From the NCBI GenBank assembly GCA_037127955.1, contig JBAXXI010000001.1, forward strand, positions 9,217 through 73,216: a stretch of DNA of 64,000 nucleotides, in the 5' to 3' direction. The notes beneath the pieces were generated by a model. It searched no databases and was not told where the DNA came from. It saw nothing but the letters and a program-made list of their open reading frames with translations. This DNA comes from Candidatus Berkelbacteria bacterium. GTDB taxonomy: Bacteria; Patescibacteriota; UBA1384; UBA12157. Both the position numbers and the translations under genes were made by a program. Below, in pieces: positions 36,745 to 48,264 of this stretch (the first letter of the stretch is position 1; the number at the start of each line of letters is the position of its first letter).

Positions 36745-37575
36745 CTAGAATTTTATTTCACCACCCTTGGCTAAATCATCATTTGAAATATCACCTTCTT
36801 TGACAACAGTATCTTTTTTTACTTCATGTCTTGACTCAATCAGTGGCGGACAAATTGGCGGTGGCGGACAAACACACTCTTTTTCCACTGATTTTGTTGT
36901 ATCTACTTGGCCAGTACTGATTAAAGATTTATTTCTAACGATCAAACCGCCGCGAAAATCTCCATCAGCAATAGCCGCCTCACCAATTCTCTCTTCTTTG
37001 GCAATATGCTCATTATGTAAATCTAAAATTTTATCAGCAATAGAAGCCGGATCAGGAATACTCTCAACCACATATGTTCGGGTATTCTCACCCGCACTTT
37101 CAGCAATCAAATCACCGTAATTAAACAAAGTTGGTAACAAACCTTTAACCCTAGCCGAAACATCTTGAATCCGAAGAAGCGATATTTCCGTAATCCTTCG
37201 ATCAAATAAACCACTTTGATCGATATCAATCACCTCGTTGTCGGTAATTACAAAAACATTATAATAATAGCTAATCCAGGTAGTGAAGAAAAAAGACAAG
37301 AAAACTAGATAGTAAATTGAACCAAAAATAGTTAGAATATTAGCCCAAAGTGTTGAAAAAATTTCTGGATTGAGCGATTTTAAAACAGAAATGATAAAAA
37401 TTGGCATTAGAAACATTACCAAACTCATAAAAATAGGCTTGATCATTGAAGCTATATGTCTTCTGGTGATCACGATCACATGATCTTTTTCGTGACCCGG
37501 AATAGAATTAATTGATAAACTCATATTAAACCTTATTGGCTTTGAATCAAATTGATATTTAAATTGGTATTCCAA
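36745..37575 (-). CDS. Membrane protein with bacterial PH (bPH_2-like) domain (likely start ~37524)
   Basis: Two TMs followed by VITDNEVIDIDQSGLF...IQDVS...LFNYGDL. Confidence 0.8.
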   Translation of the reverse strand: MEYQFKYQFDSKPIRFNMSLSINSIPGHEKDHVIVITRRHIASMIKPIFMSLVMFLMPIFIISVLKSLNPEIFSTLWANILTIFGSIYYLVFLSFFFTTWISYYYNVFVITDNEVIDIDQSGLFDRRITEISLLRIQDVSARVKGLLPTLFNYGDLIAESAGENTRTYVVESIPDPASIADKILDLHNEHIAKEERIGEAAIADGDFRGGLIVRNKSLISTGQVDTTKSVEKECVCPPPPICPPLIESRHEVKKDTVVKEGDISNDDLAKGGEIKF

Positions 37576-37760
37576 TCAAGATTGGCCATAATTGATAAAG
37601 AAATAATGATAATTAGAACCATCATTACAGCATAAACAACCAAAAGCAATCTGGTTCGATCATGCTTTAGTCTCATTGAGTAAACACGAAAAATAGCATA
37701 TACATTAAAAATGATATACAGTACTAGAAAAATAAAATATAAATCTAAAAATATTTTCAT
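37533..37760 (-). CDS. Small 2-TM hypothetical protein
   Basis: Hydrophobic 75-aa ORF in operon context. Confidence 0.65.
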   Translation of the reverse strand: MKIFLDLYFIFLVLYIIFNVYAIFRVYSMRLKHDRTRLLLVVYAVMMVLIIIISLSIMANLDWNTNLNINLIQSQ

Positions 37761-37796
37761 AATTAAATCATAACAGATTAAATTACAAATAAAAGA

Positions 37797-39005
37797 CTAG
37801 GATGGTCTAACTATCTTCATTGATCGAACTTGGTTCAAATTATAACTTCGACCAGGGCCAATCGGGTCATGCATTAAATATTTCCCACCAGATACACCTT
37901 TGATCACAATAAAATGCGACGAACCATCTCTATTAATGGCTCCGACCGACGGTAAATAAATACTGACAATAACCGGGTGTTTAGAGCTAAGTTCACTATT
38001 AACTGTATTCCAGTCAATTGGCTGACTCGGACCGACACTTACACCAGGAATAGCGGTTGAATTCAAGTAGCCTTCACGATCAAATAACCACCACATTTGA
38101 GCAATATTGGTTGGAGTCATTTTTTTGCCATAATAGGTATCAATCATGGCAATTGAAGTAATTAAACAACCATAGCTACTAACCGTATATGGGCTACGAC
38201 CCAATCTGGTATAATTACCGGTTTGCATATAATACCAGCTGCTAGCCTCTTGAGAAACAATTTGACTACCCCAATTACTCTTACCGGTTAAGACAGCCAT
38301 CTGATTATTAATTTCATCAATTCTAGCTTGAGCCGCTTTTTGCTGATTCTGTAAATCGGCAATTGCACTTTTGGTATTACTCAAAATGCCAGCCTTATTT
38401 TGCTGCTCTATCTGAATTCCATTTTGTTGTTGAACTAAAATGTCTTTTTGAGTCTCTAAATCAGACTTTTGGCTTTCCAAGTCTACTTTTTGTGCCTGAA
38501 GGTCTGACATTGTTTTATTAATACTGGTAATTTGCTTATTCAAATCTTCCGAAATTGAGTCTAAATACTGACTTTTATTTAAAATATCTGATAAAGAATT
38601 GGAGCTAACTACAATTTCTAAAGTCGATGGACTTTGATTCTCATAATAAGCCCTGATCGTTTCATAAAGACTATCTTTTTGCTTTTTTAGTTCAACCATA
38701 TTCGCATCAATACTGGACTCGGTCGCCGAAATCTGCTGATTAGTTAAATTAATTTTACTTAAACTGTAATCAATATCTTTCTGCATGCCATCAATTTGAT
38801 CGCTCAAGTTATTGATTGTTCCTTGAATATCATTAGCCTGTATCTGTTTCGATGAAATCGCTGAACGGTTGGCTTGAATTTGCCGATCTAAAGCAGCCTG
38901 CTCCTTTTTCAAATCAGAAAGTGTACTAGCAAAAACAGGCGTCTTAAATAAAAACCCAGACGTCGCGACCAACAAAAGTAAAATTATATAAAACGTTTTT
39001 TTCAT
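37797..39005 (-). CDS. Secreted PcsB/CwlO-like coiled-coil protein with C-terminal C39-like cysteine peptidase domain
   Basis: Signal peptide, long coiled coil with SNSLSDIL hinge, then GCLITSIAM...SHFIVI...HDP; directly after ftsX. Confidence 0.82.
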   Translation of the reverse strand: MKKTFYIILLLLVATSGFLFKTPVFASTLSDLKKEQAALDRQIQANRSAISSKQIQANDIQGTINNLSDQIDGMQKDIDYSLSKINLTNQQISATESSIDANMVELKKQKDSLYETIRAYYENQSPSTLEIVVSSNSLSDILNKSQYLDSISEDLNKQITSINKTMSDLQAQKVDLESQKSDLETQKDILVQQQNGIQIEQQNKAGILSNTKSAIADLQNQQKAAQARIDEINNQMAVLTGKSNWGSQIVSQEASSWYYMQTGNYTRLGRSPYTVSSYGCLITSIAMIDTYYGKKMTPTNIAQMWWLFDREGYLNSTAIPGVSVGPSQPIDWNTVNSELSSKHPVIVSIYLPSVGAINRDGSSHFIVIKGVSGGKYLMHDPIGPGRSYNLNQVRSMKIVRPS

Positions 39006-39017
39006 TATTACAAAAAA

Positions 39018-39932
39018 CTAAAACTTTAAGTATTTTTTAATACTAATTAAACTACAAAATACACCAATCGCCATACCAACAAGCAAATCCAATCCCAACA
39101 TTGCCCAAAAATTACCACTAAAGAAAACCAACAAAAGCTGACTATTAGCTTGACCCAAATAATGAGTTGTACGTGGCAATATCATAAACAAACCAATCCA
39201 AACAATCGACATTGACATAATTGTAGCCAAAAGACCGTAAATCAAACCCTCTAAAACAAAAGGATATTTAATAAAAGCATCACTTGCCCCAACTAGACGC
39301 ATGATTTCGATTTCGTCTTTTCTTGTAAACATTGCCAAGCGAGTGGTGTTAATGACAACCAATATAGAAATTAAAATAAAAATCCCGCATAGCATCCAAC
39401 CAAATTCACGAGTGAAGGCTGTGATAGCCACCAGTCGATCGATTAAATCTTTATTATCTTGATAACTAATATTATGAATAATCGGTTTTAAGGACTCTTG
39501 CTTCAAGGACTCGGCTATGACCGGTATACTTTCGGCCTGAATCGCTTTGATCTCTAAACTGCGTGGCAGAGGATTATCGTTTGGATCAATCACACTGGCA
39601 ATTTGTTTATTTTGAGTTTGTTTTTCAAAAGCCATGAGAGCGTCTTCTTTTGATATATAGGTGACGGTTTTAACATCGGTTCTGGCCGCAAGCTGTTTTT
39701 GTAAATCCGTAATTTGCGATGTCGAAGCCGAGTCATTAAAATAGACGCTAACGTCCATTTTAGCTCTAACTTTATCGGTAATTTTGTTAATCGCCACTGA
39801 CGAAATCACAAAAAAACCGACTACCAACAAGGTTAAAGTCATAATTAAAGTTGCCGCAAAAGACAACCAGCTATTACGCCAAAAATTGGTCAAGCCTAAC
39901 TTAAAAATTCTTTTGGCTGATTCTATTCTCAT
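39018..39932 (-). CDS. ftsX: Cell division permease FtsX
   Basis: NPLP, RKDEIEIMRLVGAS, PFVLEG; 4 TMs. Confidence 0.94.
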   Translation of the reverse strand: MRIESAKRIFKLGLTNFWRNSWLSFAATLIMTLTLLVVGFFVISSVAINKITDKVRAKMDVSVYFNDSASTSQITDLQKQLAARTDVKTVTYISKEDALMAFEKQTQNKQIASVIDPNDNPLPRSLEIKAIQAESIPVIAESLKQESLKPIIHNISYQDNKDLIDRLVAITAFTREFGWMLCGIFILISILVVINTTRLAMFTRKDEIEIMRLVGASDAFIKYPFVLEGLIYGLLATIMSMSIVWIGLFMILPRTTHYLGQANSQLLLVFFSGNFWAMLGLDLLVGMAIGVFCSLISIKKYLKF

Positions 39933-40606
39933 ATGGCGTATCCCCCTTTAATTCGATCTGAAACAATTTTGCCTGCCTTCATCAGGATCACTCTGCGTTT
40001 TAATCGATCAACAATACTTTTATTATGCGTCGCAAAAATTAAAGTTGTACCTAAACTATTCACCTTCTCCAATAAATCAACGATTTCCCAAGCATTAACC
40101 GGATCAAGATTACCAGTCGGCTCATCGGCAATTAAAATTTTTGGGTTATGAATCAAAGCACGGGCGATACTCACACGCTGTCGCTCACCACCAGAAAGCT
40201 CATGAGGCAAATTATTGCGGCGTTTAAGCATACCAACTAAATCCAAAATTTTAGGGACTTTATCTTCAATTTCTTCAATTGGCGCTTCACAAACCTCAAG
40301 TGCAAACGCCACGTTTTCATAAACAGTTTTTTGAGGCAATAATTTAAAATCTTGAAAAACTACCCCGACTTTTCGGCGATAATAAGGGAGTTCAGCTGGC
40401 AAAAGTTTAGCAATATTTCGATCAGCCACAATAATTTTTCCAGAGGTCGGACGTTCTTCACAGACTAAAAGTTTAATCAAAGTAGATTTACCTGCTCCAG
40501 ATGGACCAACTAAAAATACAAACTCGCCGCGTTCAATATTCAAATTAATATTATCAACGGCTAAAGTATTCCCATATTGTTTAGATAATCCAATAGCTTC
40601 TATCAA
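39929..40606 (-). CDS. ftsE: Cell division ATP-binding protein FtsE
   Basis: GPSGAGKST, VFQDFKLL, LSGGE, ADEPTGNLD. Confidence 0.95.
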   Translation of the reverse strand: MIEAIGLSKQYGNTLAVDNINLNIERGEFVFLVGPSGAGKSTLIKLLVCEERPTSGKIIVADRNIAKLLPAELPYYRRKVGVVFQDFKLLPQKTVYENVAFALEVCEAPIEEIEDKVPKILDLVGMLKRRNNLPHELSGGERQRVSIARALIHNPKILIADEPTGNLDPVNAWEIVDLLEKVNSLGTTLIFATHNKSIVDRLKRRVILMKAGKIVSDRIKGGYAI

Positions 40607-40751
40607 TAAATCTCCTTTTTTTCTTAGTCAAATGTCTAAATTTATTATACCATTTTTCTTAATTGGTTCCAAATCAATCTGACAAAACCGGTTGACAGGT
40701 TCAAAATTTTCTGATACAATCTGACTATCATTTTCTGAGGAGGAAATTACC

Positions 40752-41507
40752 TTGAAAACTAAGTCCTTTGGACAAAAATTGAACGACTTATTTTTAGGCT
40801 TAATGAATATCATTATCCCTATAGCCAGCTACTTCTTTCCATTTGTCTTGATTTATTTTAATCACTGGATCGGCCTATACGCAAGATTAATATTTATCAT
40901 TATTCTTGCTATAGAATTCTATCTAATAACTCGACTGATTAAAAATATCTGTGACGGCTACAGCCCTTTTTATAAGGATAGCTATACTTATCTTGGTAAA
41001 TACTTACTTTTGGCGGGTTTAATTTTCGGCTTAGCTGGATTAACTATTCATATTAAATGGCCAGGTGATCCAACAAGCAACATAATCTACAATGTTAAAT
41101 CCGGCTCTATAACCCTCTATGACAATCAAATACGTTGGTATAATCCTTTTAGTCAGACTACAGTCTTGATGAATGATTTGCGAAAAAAGTATGATTGCGA
41201 ATCAATTTTATTTGAAAAACCATTGTTAATTAGTTTTAAACAGGCTCAAATAAAAATTGGTGTGTCACGCAATGAATTAATTAATAGTGACATTATCGGC
41301 CCGAATGGCACACTACTCTATAACGAAGAAATTACCAAAAGTATCGAACGCGCCAAAGAAAAAACTTTATTAAAAATGATTGATGGTATTAAAAATCATG
41401 GGTTAACCCATGACCAAAAACTCATTTTTATCTCCATGTTTAAAGATGAAATCAAGGAAAACCTACCAGCTTACCTTGAAACAGGCGAAATCCTCATCGA
41501 ACAATAA
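40752..41507 (+). CDS. Hypothetical membrane protein (3 N-terminal TMs)
   Basis: GAGGAGG RBS with TTG start; terminator at 41514-41537. Confidence 0.7.
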   Translation: MKTKSFGQKLNDLFLGLMNIIIPIASYFFPFVLIYFNHWIGLYARLIFIIILAIEFYLITRLIKNICDGYSPFYKDSYTYLGKYLLLAGLIFGLAGLTIHIKWPGDPTSNIIYNVKSGSITLYDNQIRWYNPFSQTTVLMNDLRKKYDCESILFEKPLLISFKQAQIKIGVSRNELINSDIIGPNGTLLYNEEITKSIERAKEKTLLKMIDGIKNHGLTHDQKLIFISMFKDEIKENLPAYLETGEILIEQ

Positions 41508-41513
41508 TCACTC

Positions 41514-41537
41514 AAACCCGAATCAACATTCGGGTTT
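41514..41537. terminator. Terminator between convergent genes
   Basis: aaacccgaat-caac-attcgggttt. Confidence 0.7.
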
Positions 41538-41553
41538 TAAATTACTTAATTTT

Positions 41554-43272
41554 TTACCGATCATGAGTCCATTTAACCAGATCAACTAAACTCATTGTAT
41601 TAATAATGTCTGATTTTTCACACCAACCACGACGCGCCACCGATACGCCATAACGCATTAAAGAAAAATGATTAGTGTGGTGCGAATCAGTATTAATTGC
41701 GAATTTAACACCCATTTTACAAGCAGATTGGACCAAAACATCAGCTAAATCTAAACGATTTGGAAATGAGGAAATCTCTAAAGCTGTTCCGGTCTGAGCA
41801 GCTTTAGCAAAAATTTGTGGCCAATCTAAATTACAAGGCTCTCGAACTCCAATTATTCTTCCTGACGGATGACCGATAATATCAACATGAGGATTTTCAA
41901 TCGCCTTAATCATTCTGGCTGTCACAATTTCTTTTTCTTGATTAAAACTTGTATGAATAGAAGCAATTACTAGATCCATTTTTTCGAGCATTTCATTTTT
42001 TATGTCTAAATCACCGTTCGCCTTAATATTAACTTCAACCGCGGAAAGAACTTTAATTTTATGGTTTTTCTGAACCTTTTCAATTTCTTTTTGACGTTCC
42101 TCCAGAGCTTTCTCGTCCAAGCCATTAGCAATCCCTAGGCCGACCGTATGATCAGAAATCGCCACATACTCATAACCCATTTTTTCGGCTTGTGTTACCA
42201 TTTCCTCAATCGTCATGAGCCCATCAGACCAGGTCGAATGAGTATGTAAATCACCTTTAATATCTTTTTGTTCAACTAATTTTGGTAAACTGTGTGACAA
42301 CGCCGCCTCAATCTCACCCCTGTCCTCACGAAGTTCTGGGGTAATAAAATCCATGTTTAAAAATTCATATACACCTTTTTCTGTTTTAAAAGTATGAACT
42401 TTATCCCTAAATTTAATCCCATGTTCTGAAACAGATTTGTTTTGAGTTTGAGCATAAGTTCTGAGTGCCACGTTATGTTCTTTACTTCCAGTAAAATGTT
42501 GCAACAAGGAACCGTATTCAGTCTCTGGCACAATTTCCAAATCGACCTGCACTCCCTGCCAATGAATAATAGTCGACTTGGTTTTACCCTGAGTCACTAC
42601 ATGATCGACAAATGGCAGTTTCACAAATTGATCGATAACCATTTTGGGCTTTTTGCTGGTCGCCACAATATCGATATCGCCAATGGTTTCTTTCATTCTC
42701 CTTAAACTACCAACAAAATCAACCTGAACGGTTTCAGGAAATTTTTTAATTGCTTCAACAATTTCTTCAGCAATTGGCAAGGCTTCAGTGATCAAAAGCT
42801 TACCTGATAATTTTCCTAAAATTTCAATACCACGTAAAATATTTTGAGCGGTTTTTTCTTGAAAAACTTCTTTGGCCTTACCGGCTTCAATTTTCTTTTT
42901 CAAATCACTAATATTTTTAGCCTTTAATTCTCTGGCGATTTTAACAGCCATTTTTGGCCCCACACCAGGAATTTGCAAAAATTCTATTTCCGAAACCGGC
43001 ACTTCTTTCTTAAGTTCTAAAAGATACTCAAGTTTACCAGTTTTTAAAAGCTCTTCAATCGCGCTCGCAATCGATTCACCTACACCATCGATTTCATTTA
43101 ACGCTTTGATACCACCTTCAAGATAAATATTTCTGAGTTCATGAGCCAAGTTTTCAATCACTTGAGCTGATTTTCGATAAGCTAAAATCCGAAATCGATT
43201 TTTTTCTGGATCCAAAATTTCCAGAATCGAAGCGATCTGGTTTAAGTTATGCGCAATTTCTTTATTTGTCAT
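41554..43272 (-). CDS. polX: DNA polymerase X with PHP domain
   Basis: HhH motifs, [43 protein letters not shown]. Confidence 0.95.
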   Translation of the reverse strand: MTNKEIAHNLNQIASILEILDPEKNRFRILAYRKSAQVIENLAHELRNIYLEGGIKALNEIDGVGESIASAIEELLKTGKLEYLLELKKEVPVSEIEFLQIPGVGPKMAVKIARELKAKNISDLKKKIEAGKAKEVFQEKTAQNILRGIEILGKLSGKLLITEALPIAEEIVEAIKKFPETVQVDFVGSLRRMKETIGDIDIVATSKKPKMVIDQFVKLPFVDHVVTQGKTKSTIIHWQGVQVDLEIVPETEYGSLLQHFTGSKEHNVALRTYAQTQNKSVSEHGIKFRDKVHTFKTEKGVYEFLNMDFITPELREDRGEIEAALSHSLPKLVEQKDIKGDLHTHSTWSDGLMTIEEMVTQAEKMGYEYVAISDHTVGLGIANGLDEKALEERQKEIEKVQKNHKIKVLSAVEVNIKANGDLDIKNEMLEKMDLVIASIHTSFNQEKEIVTARMIKAIENPHVDIIGHPSGRIIGVREPCNLDWPQIFAKAAQTGTALEISSFPNRLDLADVLVQSACKMGVKFAINTDSHHTNHFSLMRYGVSVARRGWCEKSDIINTMSLVDLVKWTHDR

Positions 43273-43282
43273 TTTACCCCTC

Positions 43283-43831
43283 CTAGAGTAAACGTTTGCT
43301 TAGCATGATTTTATCAGAAAATCTCTTATTTCTATAAAGTCCATCAGGCAAAATTCCATATTCTTTCATACCGACTTTAGCATATAACGCTCTAGCCGGT
43401 TCATTATCAGAAAAAACATCAAGTATAGCGGTTCGAAGACCCATTTTCCGACCACAATCAAAAATCATTTCCATTAAAAATGTACCAAGTCCCTCGCCAC
43501 GAAAATCACGATCAACCATAATACCGATCGTCCCGATATGATACTCACGCACATTCATGCCATGATAAATATCAACTGAACCGATAATTTTTCCATCAAA
43601 AATAACCCAACGAAGAGAAGAGATGCCTTTAGTATTTCTTTCAATTTGCGTCGCCAACCATTTTTCCTCGTCCTCACGCATAATTTTTTTACCTGGATCA
43701 AAACTCAAAAATGTATTTTCTTTGGCTAACTTATTAGCAAAAGCCAAAACTTCATCGAGCAAATCCATGGTCGGTTCAACAATTTGAACCTTACGATTTT
43801 TCTTGGTTGTAAACTCTTGAATTATTTTCAT
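43283..43831 (-). CDS. GNAT family N-acetyltransferase
   Basis: GIMVDRDFRGEGLG, VFSDNEPARALY. Confidence 0.88.
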   Translation of the reverse strand: MKIIQEFTTKKNRKVQIVEPTMDLLDEVLAFANKLAKENTFLSFDPGKKIMREDEEKWLATQIERNTKGISSLRWVIFDGKIIGSVDIYHGMNVREYHIGTIGIMVDRDFRGEGLGTFLMEMIFDCGRKMGLRTAILDVFSDNEPARALYAKVGMKEYGILPDGLYRNKRFSDKIMLSKRLL

Positions 43832-44262
43832 ATTTCCTCATTTTCTACAAAGAATGCTTTGAAAAAGTTTTTGACTGGTAAAAATAATGGTTTTGGCAAT
43901 TTTTTTATGTGGAACCAACCCAAATCAGTCATTTTGTCTGGCTCCATGATTTTTGGTTTACCAGATCTTATTTCGGCACGCATCGCAATGGTTATATAGT
44001 GTTTCCCATCATCGAATATATCATTAGTTAGACCGAAGAATTTAACATTTTTAATTTTAACACCAACTTCTTCCAGAACTTCCCTCTTAGCGCAATCGAC
44101 AAAAGATTCACCGAACTCCAAATGCCCGCCGGGTGGACACCACGTACCCTCACCGTGAGTGCCTTGTCGACGCAATAAGAGTATCTCATTTTTAGAATTG
44201 AAAATATAAACCCCAACCCCAACTTTCGGCCGCAAATCACTTTGTTGTTGTATATGGTTCAT
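43828..44262 (-). CDS. NUDIX hydrolase (NUDT15/MutT-like)
   Basis: PKVGVG, GTWCPPGGHLEFGESFVDCAKREVLEEVG; start moved to ATG 44262. Confidence 0.9.
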   Translation of the reverse strand: MNHIQQQSDLRPKVGVGVYIFNSKNEILLLRRQGTHGEGTWCPPGGHLEFGESFVDCAKREVLEEVGVKIKNVKFFGLTNDIFDDGKHYITIAMRAEIRSGKPKIMEPDKMTDLGWFHIKKLPKPLFLPVKNFFKAFFVENEEI

Positions 44263-44263
44263 T

Positions 44264-44473
44264 TTACTCTCCAATATAGTCAAATCTTGGAATTTTTTGA
44301 CCATCGATTTCGACAAATTCTTCAAACATTTTAGCCGGCCGAACCCACAAATCATAATCACCATAAAGCGCCCGATACACAACCATATCTTCTAAAGTTT
44401 CTGAATCACGAGCTGTACCAATAACCTCATAATCTTTATCTTTATAATGTTTATATCTGCCAATTTTAATCAT
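44264..44473 (-). CDS. DUF1653 domain protein
   Basis: GRYKHYK..YEV...SETLEDMVVYRALYG...WVRP..MF. Confidence 0.9.
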   Translation of the reverse strand: MIKIGRYKHYKDKDYEVIGTARDSETLEDMVVYRALYGDYDLWVRPAKMFEEFVEIDGQKIPRFDYIGE

Positions 44474-44482
44474 AAAAATTTA

Positions 44483-44908
44483 TTATTTATTTAAAATTTT
44501 TTCGAGAGTTGGGATTATCTCTTCCGAATGAAACGCTAATTTAAGTTTTTTGATATCGGCAAGCGTCATCCACTCAATGGCGGCACCCTCATGTAACTCG
44601 ACTTTTACATCCTGTTTAACACGACAAAGGAAAACTCTATCCCGAACATTTTCGTCATGCATAAATTCAAAGATGAATTCACATTCGCTTAATAAAACTT
44701 CTAAATCCAATTCTTCTTTAATTTCCCTAACAATTCCTTCGACATCACTTTCACCTGCATCTTGGCCACCACCGGGAATCGTCCACATATTTGGATATAA
44801 AATATTTTTACCATTACCATCGTCTCTTAATTGCATCAAAATTTTGCTATCTTCCCGCAAAAGAACAAAAGTTAAACCGAACTGAATTTTAGAATCTTTT
44901 TTATTCAT
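44483..44908 (-). CDS. NUDIX hydrolase
   Basis: PNMWTIPGGGQDAGESDVEGIVREIKEEL. Confidence 0.88.
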   Translation of the reverse strand: MNKKDSKIQFGLTFVLLREDSKILMQLRDDGNGKNILYPNMWTIPGGGQDAGESDVEGIVREIKEELDLEVLLSECEFIFEFMHDENVRDRVFLCRVKQDVKVELHEGAAIEWMTLADIKKLKLAFHSEEIIPTLEKILNK

Positions 44909-44923
44909 AGTATTATAACGGTA

Positions 44924-47473
44924 TTATTTCCCGTGACACTTTTTAAATTTCTTGCCAGATCCACATGGACATTCATCATTACGACCAACATGACCGAAAG
45001 CTGACGAGACAGATGGCGAGTTAACATCGTTGGTCTGTGTTTTTTGCCTCACCGTCACTTCAACTCCATTTTTAGAATTCCCAGGTTTTGATTCGTTGTG
45101 AACTACCGGACGAGCCGACGCAATAGCTCCTCCAGCCATATTTTCATCAGCGCCCTGCATCTTCATTTTTCGCTGAGGCTGACGCTCAATACTCAATGGT
45201 CGTGGATTAATTTCTGCTTTGAGCAAAATCTCCACGGCCTGATTGTCAATACTTGTCATTAATCTTTGAAACAAATGATAAGCCTCAGCCTTATACTCAA
45301 CCAAAGGATCACGTTGGCCATAACCGCGCAAACCAATCCCATCACGCAAAACTTCCAAAGCATTTAAGTGCTCCACCCAGATCGTATCAATTGAACGCAA
45401 ATAAACCATACGCTCCACTTCGTCCATTACTTCGGCGCCAATCGAATTATATTTTTTTTCATAAACTGACCGAGTGTCATCATCAAGTAAATTTAATATG
45501 TCTTCATGAATACTTTTTGATTGTAAAATATGTTTTCGCTTAGTGTAAATTGCCTGTCTATGCTTATTAGCGACATCGTCATATTCAACAAGTTGTTTGC
45601 GAATATCAAAGTTATGGCCTTCAACTTTTTTCTGAGCCGATTCAATCGAACGAGAAATTAAACCATGTTCAATTGGCATATCGTCTGGCAATTTTAGACT
45701 ATCCATTAATTTTTTCATCTTGTCGCCCCCAAAAATACGCATCAAATCGTCGTCCATCGAAACATAAAATTGACTTGAGCCTGGATCACCTTGACGACCA
45801 GCTCGACCTCGAAGCTGATTATCAATTCGTCGAGACTCGTGACGTTCGGTACCAATAATATGCAAACCGCCTAACCTTGCCACTTCAGCACGTTTTTCAT
45901 TATCAACTGGCACGCCGCCGAGCAAAATATCAACACCACGACCAGCCATGTTTGTAGCCACAGTCACTGCGCCGGCCCGGCCCGCTTGCTCGATAATTTT
46001 AGCTTCACGTTCATGGTGTTTGGCATTTAAAACTTCATGACGAACACCACGACGGGTCAACATTTGTGATAATTTTTCTGATTTTTCAATCGAAATAGTA
46101 CCAACCAAAACTGGTTGACCAAGTGCATTTTTCTTTTTCACTTCTTCGACCACAGCTAAAAATTTGGCTTCTTCTGACTTATAAATTAGATCCTGTAAAT
46201 CTTGACGTACAGCCGGCTTATTAGTTGGAATCTCCACCACATCAAGTTTATAAATTTTATAAAATTCTTCAGCTTCAGTGGCGGCCGTTCCGGTCATACC
46301 AGCTAATTTTTTATACATTCGAAATAAATTTTGAAACGAAATAGTCGCCAAAGTATCTGACTCGCGTTGAACTTCAACCTTTTCTTTGGCTTCGATTGCC
46401 TGGTGTAAACCCTCAGAGTAACGGCGACCGGGCATGAGTCGTCCAGTAAACTCATCGACAATTACCACCTCACCATCTTTGACCACGTAATCTTTATCTT
46501 TTTTATAAATCACATTGGCAACCAAAGCTTGCTCTAAATGATGAACTAATTCGATCGAATTTGCATCATAAATATTTTTAATACCCAGTAATTTTTCAAT
46601 TTTATCCATACCAGCATCGGTCAAGGTAACAGCTCGCATTTTTTCATCTAAAGTATAATCTGTTTCAGAAACTAATTGTGGTACGATTTGAGCAAATTTT
46701 CGATAGAGCCCAGCCGATTCTTCGGCTGCCGCCGAAATAATCAAAGGCGTTCTAGCCTCATCAATCAAAATTGAATCGACTTCATCTACAATCGCAAAGT
46801 TTAATTCACGTTGCGCCATTTGACTAGCATTTTGAACCATATTATCACGCAAATAATCGAAACCGAATTCATTATTTGTACCATAAGTAATATCGGCCAC
46901 ATAAGCTTCCTGACGAGTAATCGGACGTAAATTTTCATATTCGATATTAACCGGGTCTGACTCAGGATTAAGCTTAACTGGATTGAAAATATATGAACTT
47001 TCATGATTAATAACTGCAGTTGAAAGACCAAGTTTGGCATAAATTTGCCCCATCCAGGCACAATGAAAACGCGCCAAGTAATCATTAACTGTAATCAAAT
47101 GAACACCTTTGCCCTCTAAAGCGTTCAAGTAAAGCGGAGCCGTCGCCACCAAAGTCTTACCTTCACCAGTTTTCATTTCGGCAATCTTGCCCTGATGCAG
47201 AACAATTCCGCCGACCAACTGAACATCAAAATGTCGTTGACCGATCGTTCTTTTTGCCGCTTCACGAACAGCAGCAAAAGCCTCTGGTAAAAGATCATCA
47301 AGCGTCTCACCCTTAGTCAGTCTTTCTTTAAATTCAACGGTTTTCTCTTTTAATTCTTTATCGGTTAATTTTTCGAATTCTGGTTCTTGAGAATTAATCT
47401 CATTAATCAAAGGCTGAAGCTGATTAATTACACCTTGATTTGAACCAAACATATTTCCTAAAAATTCAAACAT
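44924..47473 (-). CDS. secA: Preprotein translocase ATPase SecA
   Basis: [31 protein letters not shown]-terminal [13 protein letters not shown]; ATG 47473 preferred. Confidence 0.97.
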   Translation of the reverse strand: MFEFLGNMFGSNQGVINQLQPLINEINSQEPEFEKLTDKELKEKTVEFKERLTKGETLDDLLPEAFAAVREAAKRTIGQRHFDVQLVGGIVLHQGKIAEMKTGEGKTLVATAPLYLNALEGKGVHLITVNDYLARFHCAWMGQIYAKLGLSTAVINHESSYIFNPVKLNPESDPVNIEYENLRPITRQEAYVADITYGTNNEFGFDYLRDNMVQNASQMAQRELNFAIVDEVDSILIDEARTPLIISAAAEESAGLYRKFAQIVPQLVSETDYTLDEKMRAVTLTDAGMDKIEKLLGIKNIYDANSIELVHHLEQALVANVIYKKDKDYVVKDGEVVIVDEFTGRLMPGRRYSEGLHQAIEAKEKVEVQRESDTLATISFQNLFRMYKKLAGMTGTAATEAEEFYKIYKLDVVEIPTNKPAVRQDLQDLIYKSEEAKFLAVVEEVKKKNALGQPVLVGTISIEKSEKLSQMLTRRGVRHEVLNAKHHEREAKIIEQAGRAGAVTVATNMAGRGVDILLGGVPVDNEKRAEVARLGGLHIIGTERHESRRIDNQLRGRAGRQGDPGSSQFYVSMDDDLMRIFGGDKMKKLMDSLKLPDDMPIEHGLISRSIESAQKKVEGHNFDIRKQLVEYDDVANKHRQAIYTKRKHILQSKSIHEDILNLLDDDTRSVYEKKYNSIGAEVMDEVERMVYLRSIDTIWVEHLNALEVLRDGIGLRGYGQRDPLVEYKAEAYHLFQRLMTSIDNQAVEILLKAEINPRPLSIERQPQRKMKMQGADENMAGGAIASARPVVHNESKPGNSKNGVEVTVRQKTQTNDVNSPSVSSAFGHVGRNDECPCGSGKKFKKCHGK

Positions 47474-47594
47474 TTTTCGCCTTTCTTTAATTCCTGACTC
47501 AATATAATAATTATACCAGATCAAACAGATAAAGCTAGACTAAAATAAGATCGTAAATTGCGATATTTAGTCACTTAGCGTAAAATATAATTAT

Positions 47595-48197
47595 ATGAAA
47601 AATATTTTAATTGGTATTATAATTGTTGGTTTGATCGGCATACTAATTATGTTCGGTTTAAAATCAACTAAAAAATCAACACCAACAAATACGACCACTA
47701 CAACCACCGCAAACACCAAAACAGAGAATACTATCTTAAAGCCGAAATCCAGCACTACTAACAATGTCTATTACGGCTTCAAATTACCAGTAAAACTAAA
47801 TGACACCGATGTAACAAATAGTTTAGCCAATAAAACCAGGATAAACATCAGTGGAAATAATTTTTGCGAAGAAACTTTATCCATGGCCGAACAAGACGCC
47901 TGGCAAATCGTCAGCCAAGAAAATTTTACAACCGGAGATGGCGAAAGTTTTGTTACCGATTATTTTAAAACAAAAGATTCGCCAGCCATTGAATTTTACT
48001 GTCATTGGGATAGTCCAAGCCAAACTTTTGACAGAGGTACTATCACTTTCATTAGTACTGAAAAAATTGGTTCATGGCTTTTAAAGATAAAAAATAACCC
48101 GAATGCAATTTTAGCCGAATATTTAAATGTCGCCGAACTCATGGATTGCAATGGCACTATCGTCGAGACATCGCCTGGCATCACCGAATGCAAATAA
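47595..48197 (+). CDS. Membrane-anchored hypothetical protein with Thr-rich linker
   Basis: N-terminal TM, TPTNTTTTTT linker, four Cys; terminator at 48213-48245. Confidence 0.7.
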   Translation: MKNILIGIIIVGLIGILIMFGLKSTKKSTPTNTTTTTTANTKTENTILKPKSSTTNNVYYGFKLPVKLNDTDVTNSLANKTRINISGNNFCEETLSMAEQDAWQIVSQENFTTGDGESFVTDYFKTKDSPAIEFYCHWDSPSQTFDRGTITFISTEKIGSWLLKIKNNPNAILAEYLNVAELMDCNGTIVETSPGITECK

Positions 48198-48212
48198 GTA
48201 TAATTATTCTAC

Positions 48213-48245
48213 TTAAAAAAGTCCTGACTTCAGGACTTTTTTTAA
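48213..48245. terminator. Bidirectional terminator
   Basis: aaaaaagtcctg-actt-caggacttttttt. Confidence 0.8.
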
Positions 48246-48264
48246 ATATAAATTTATTTTTGAA

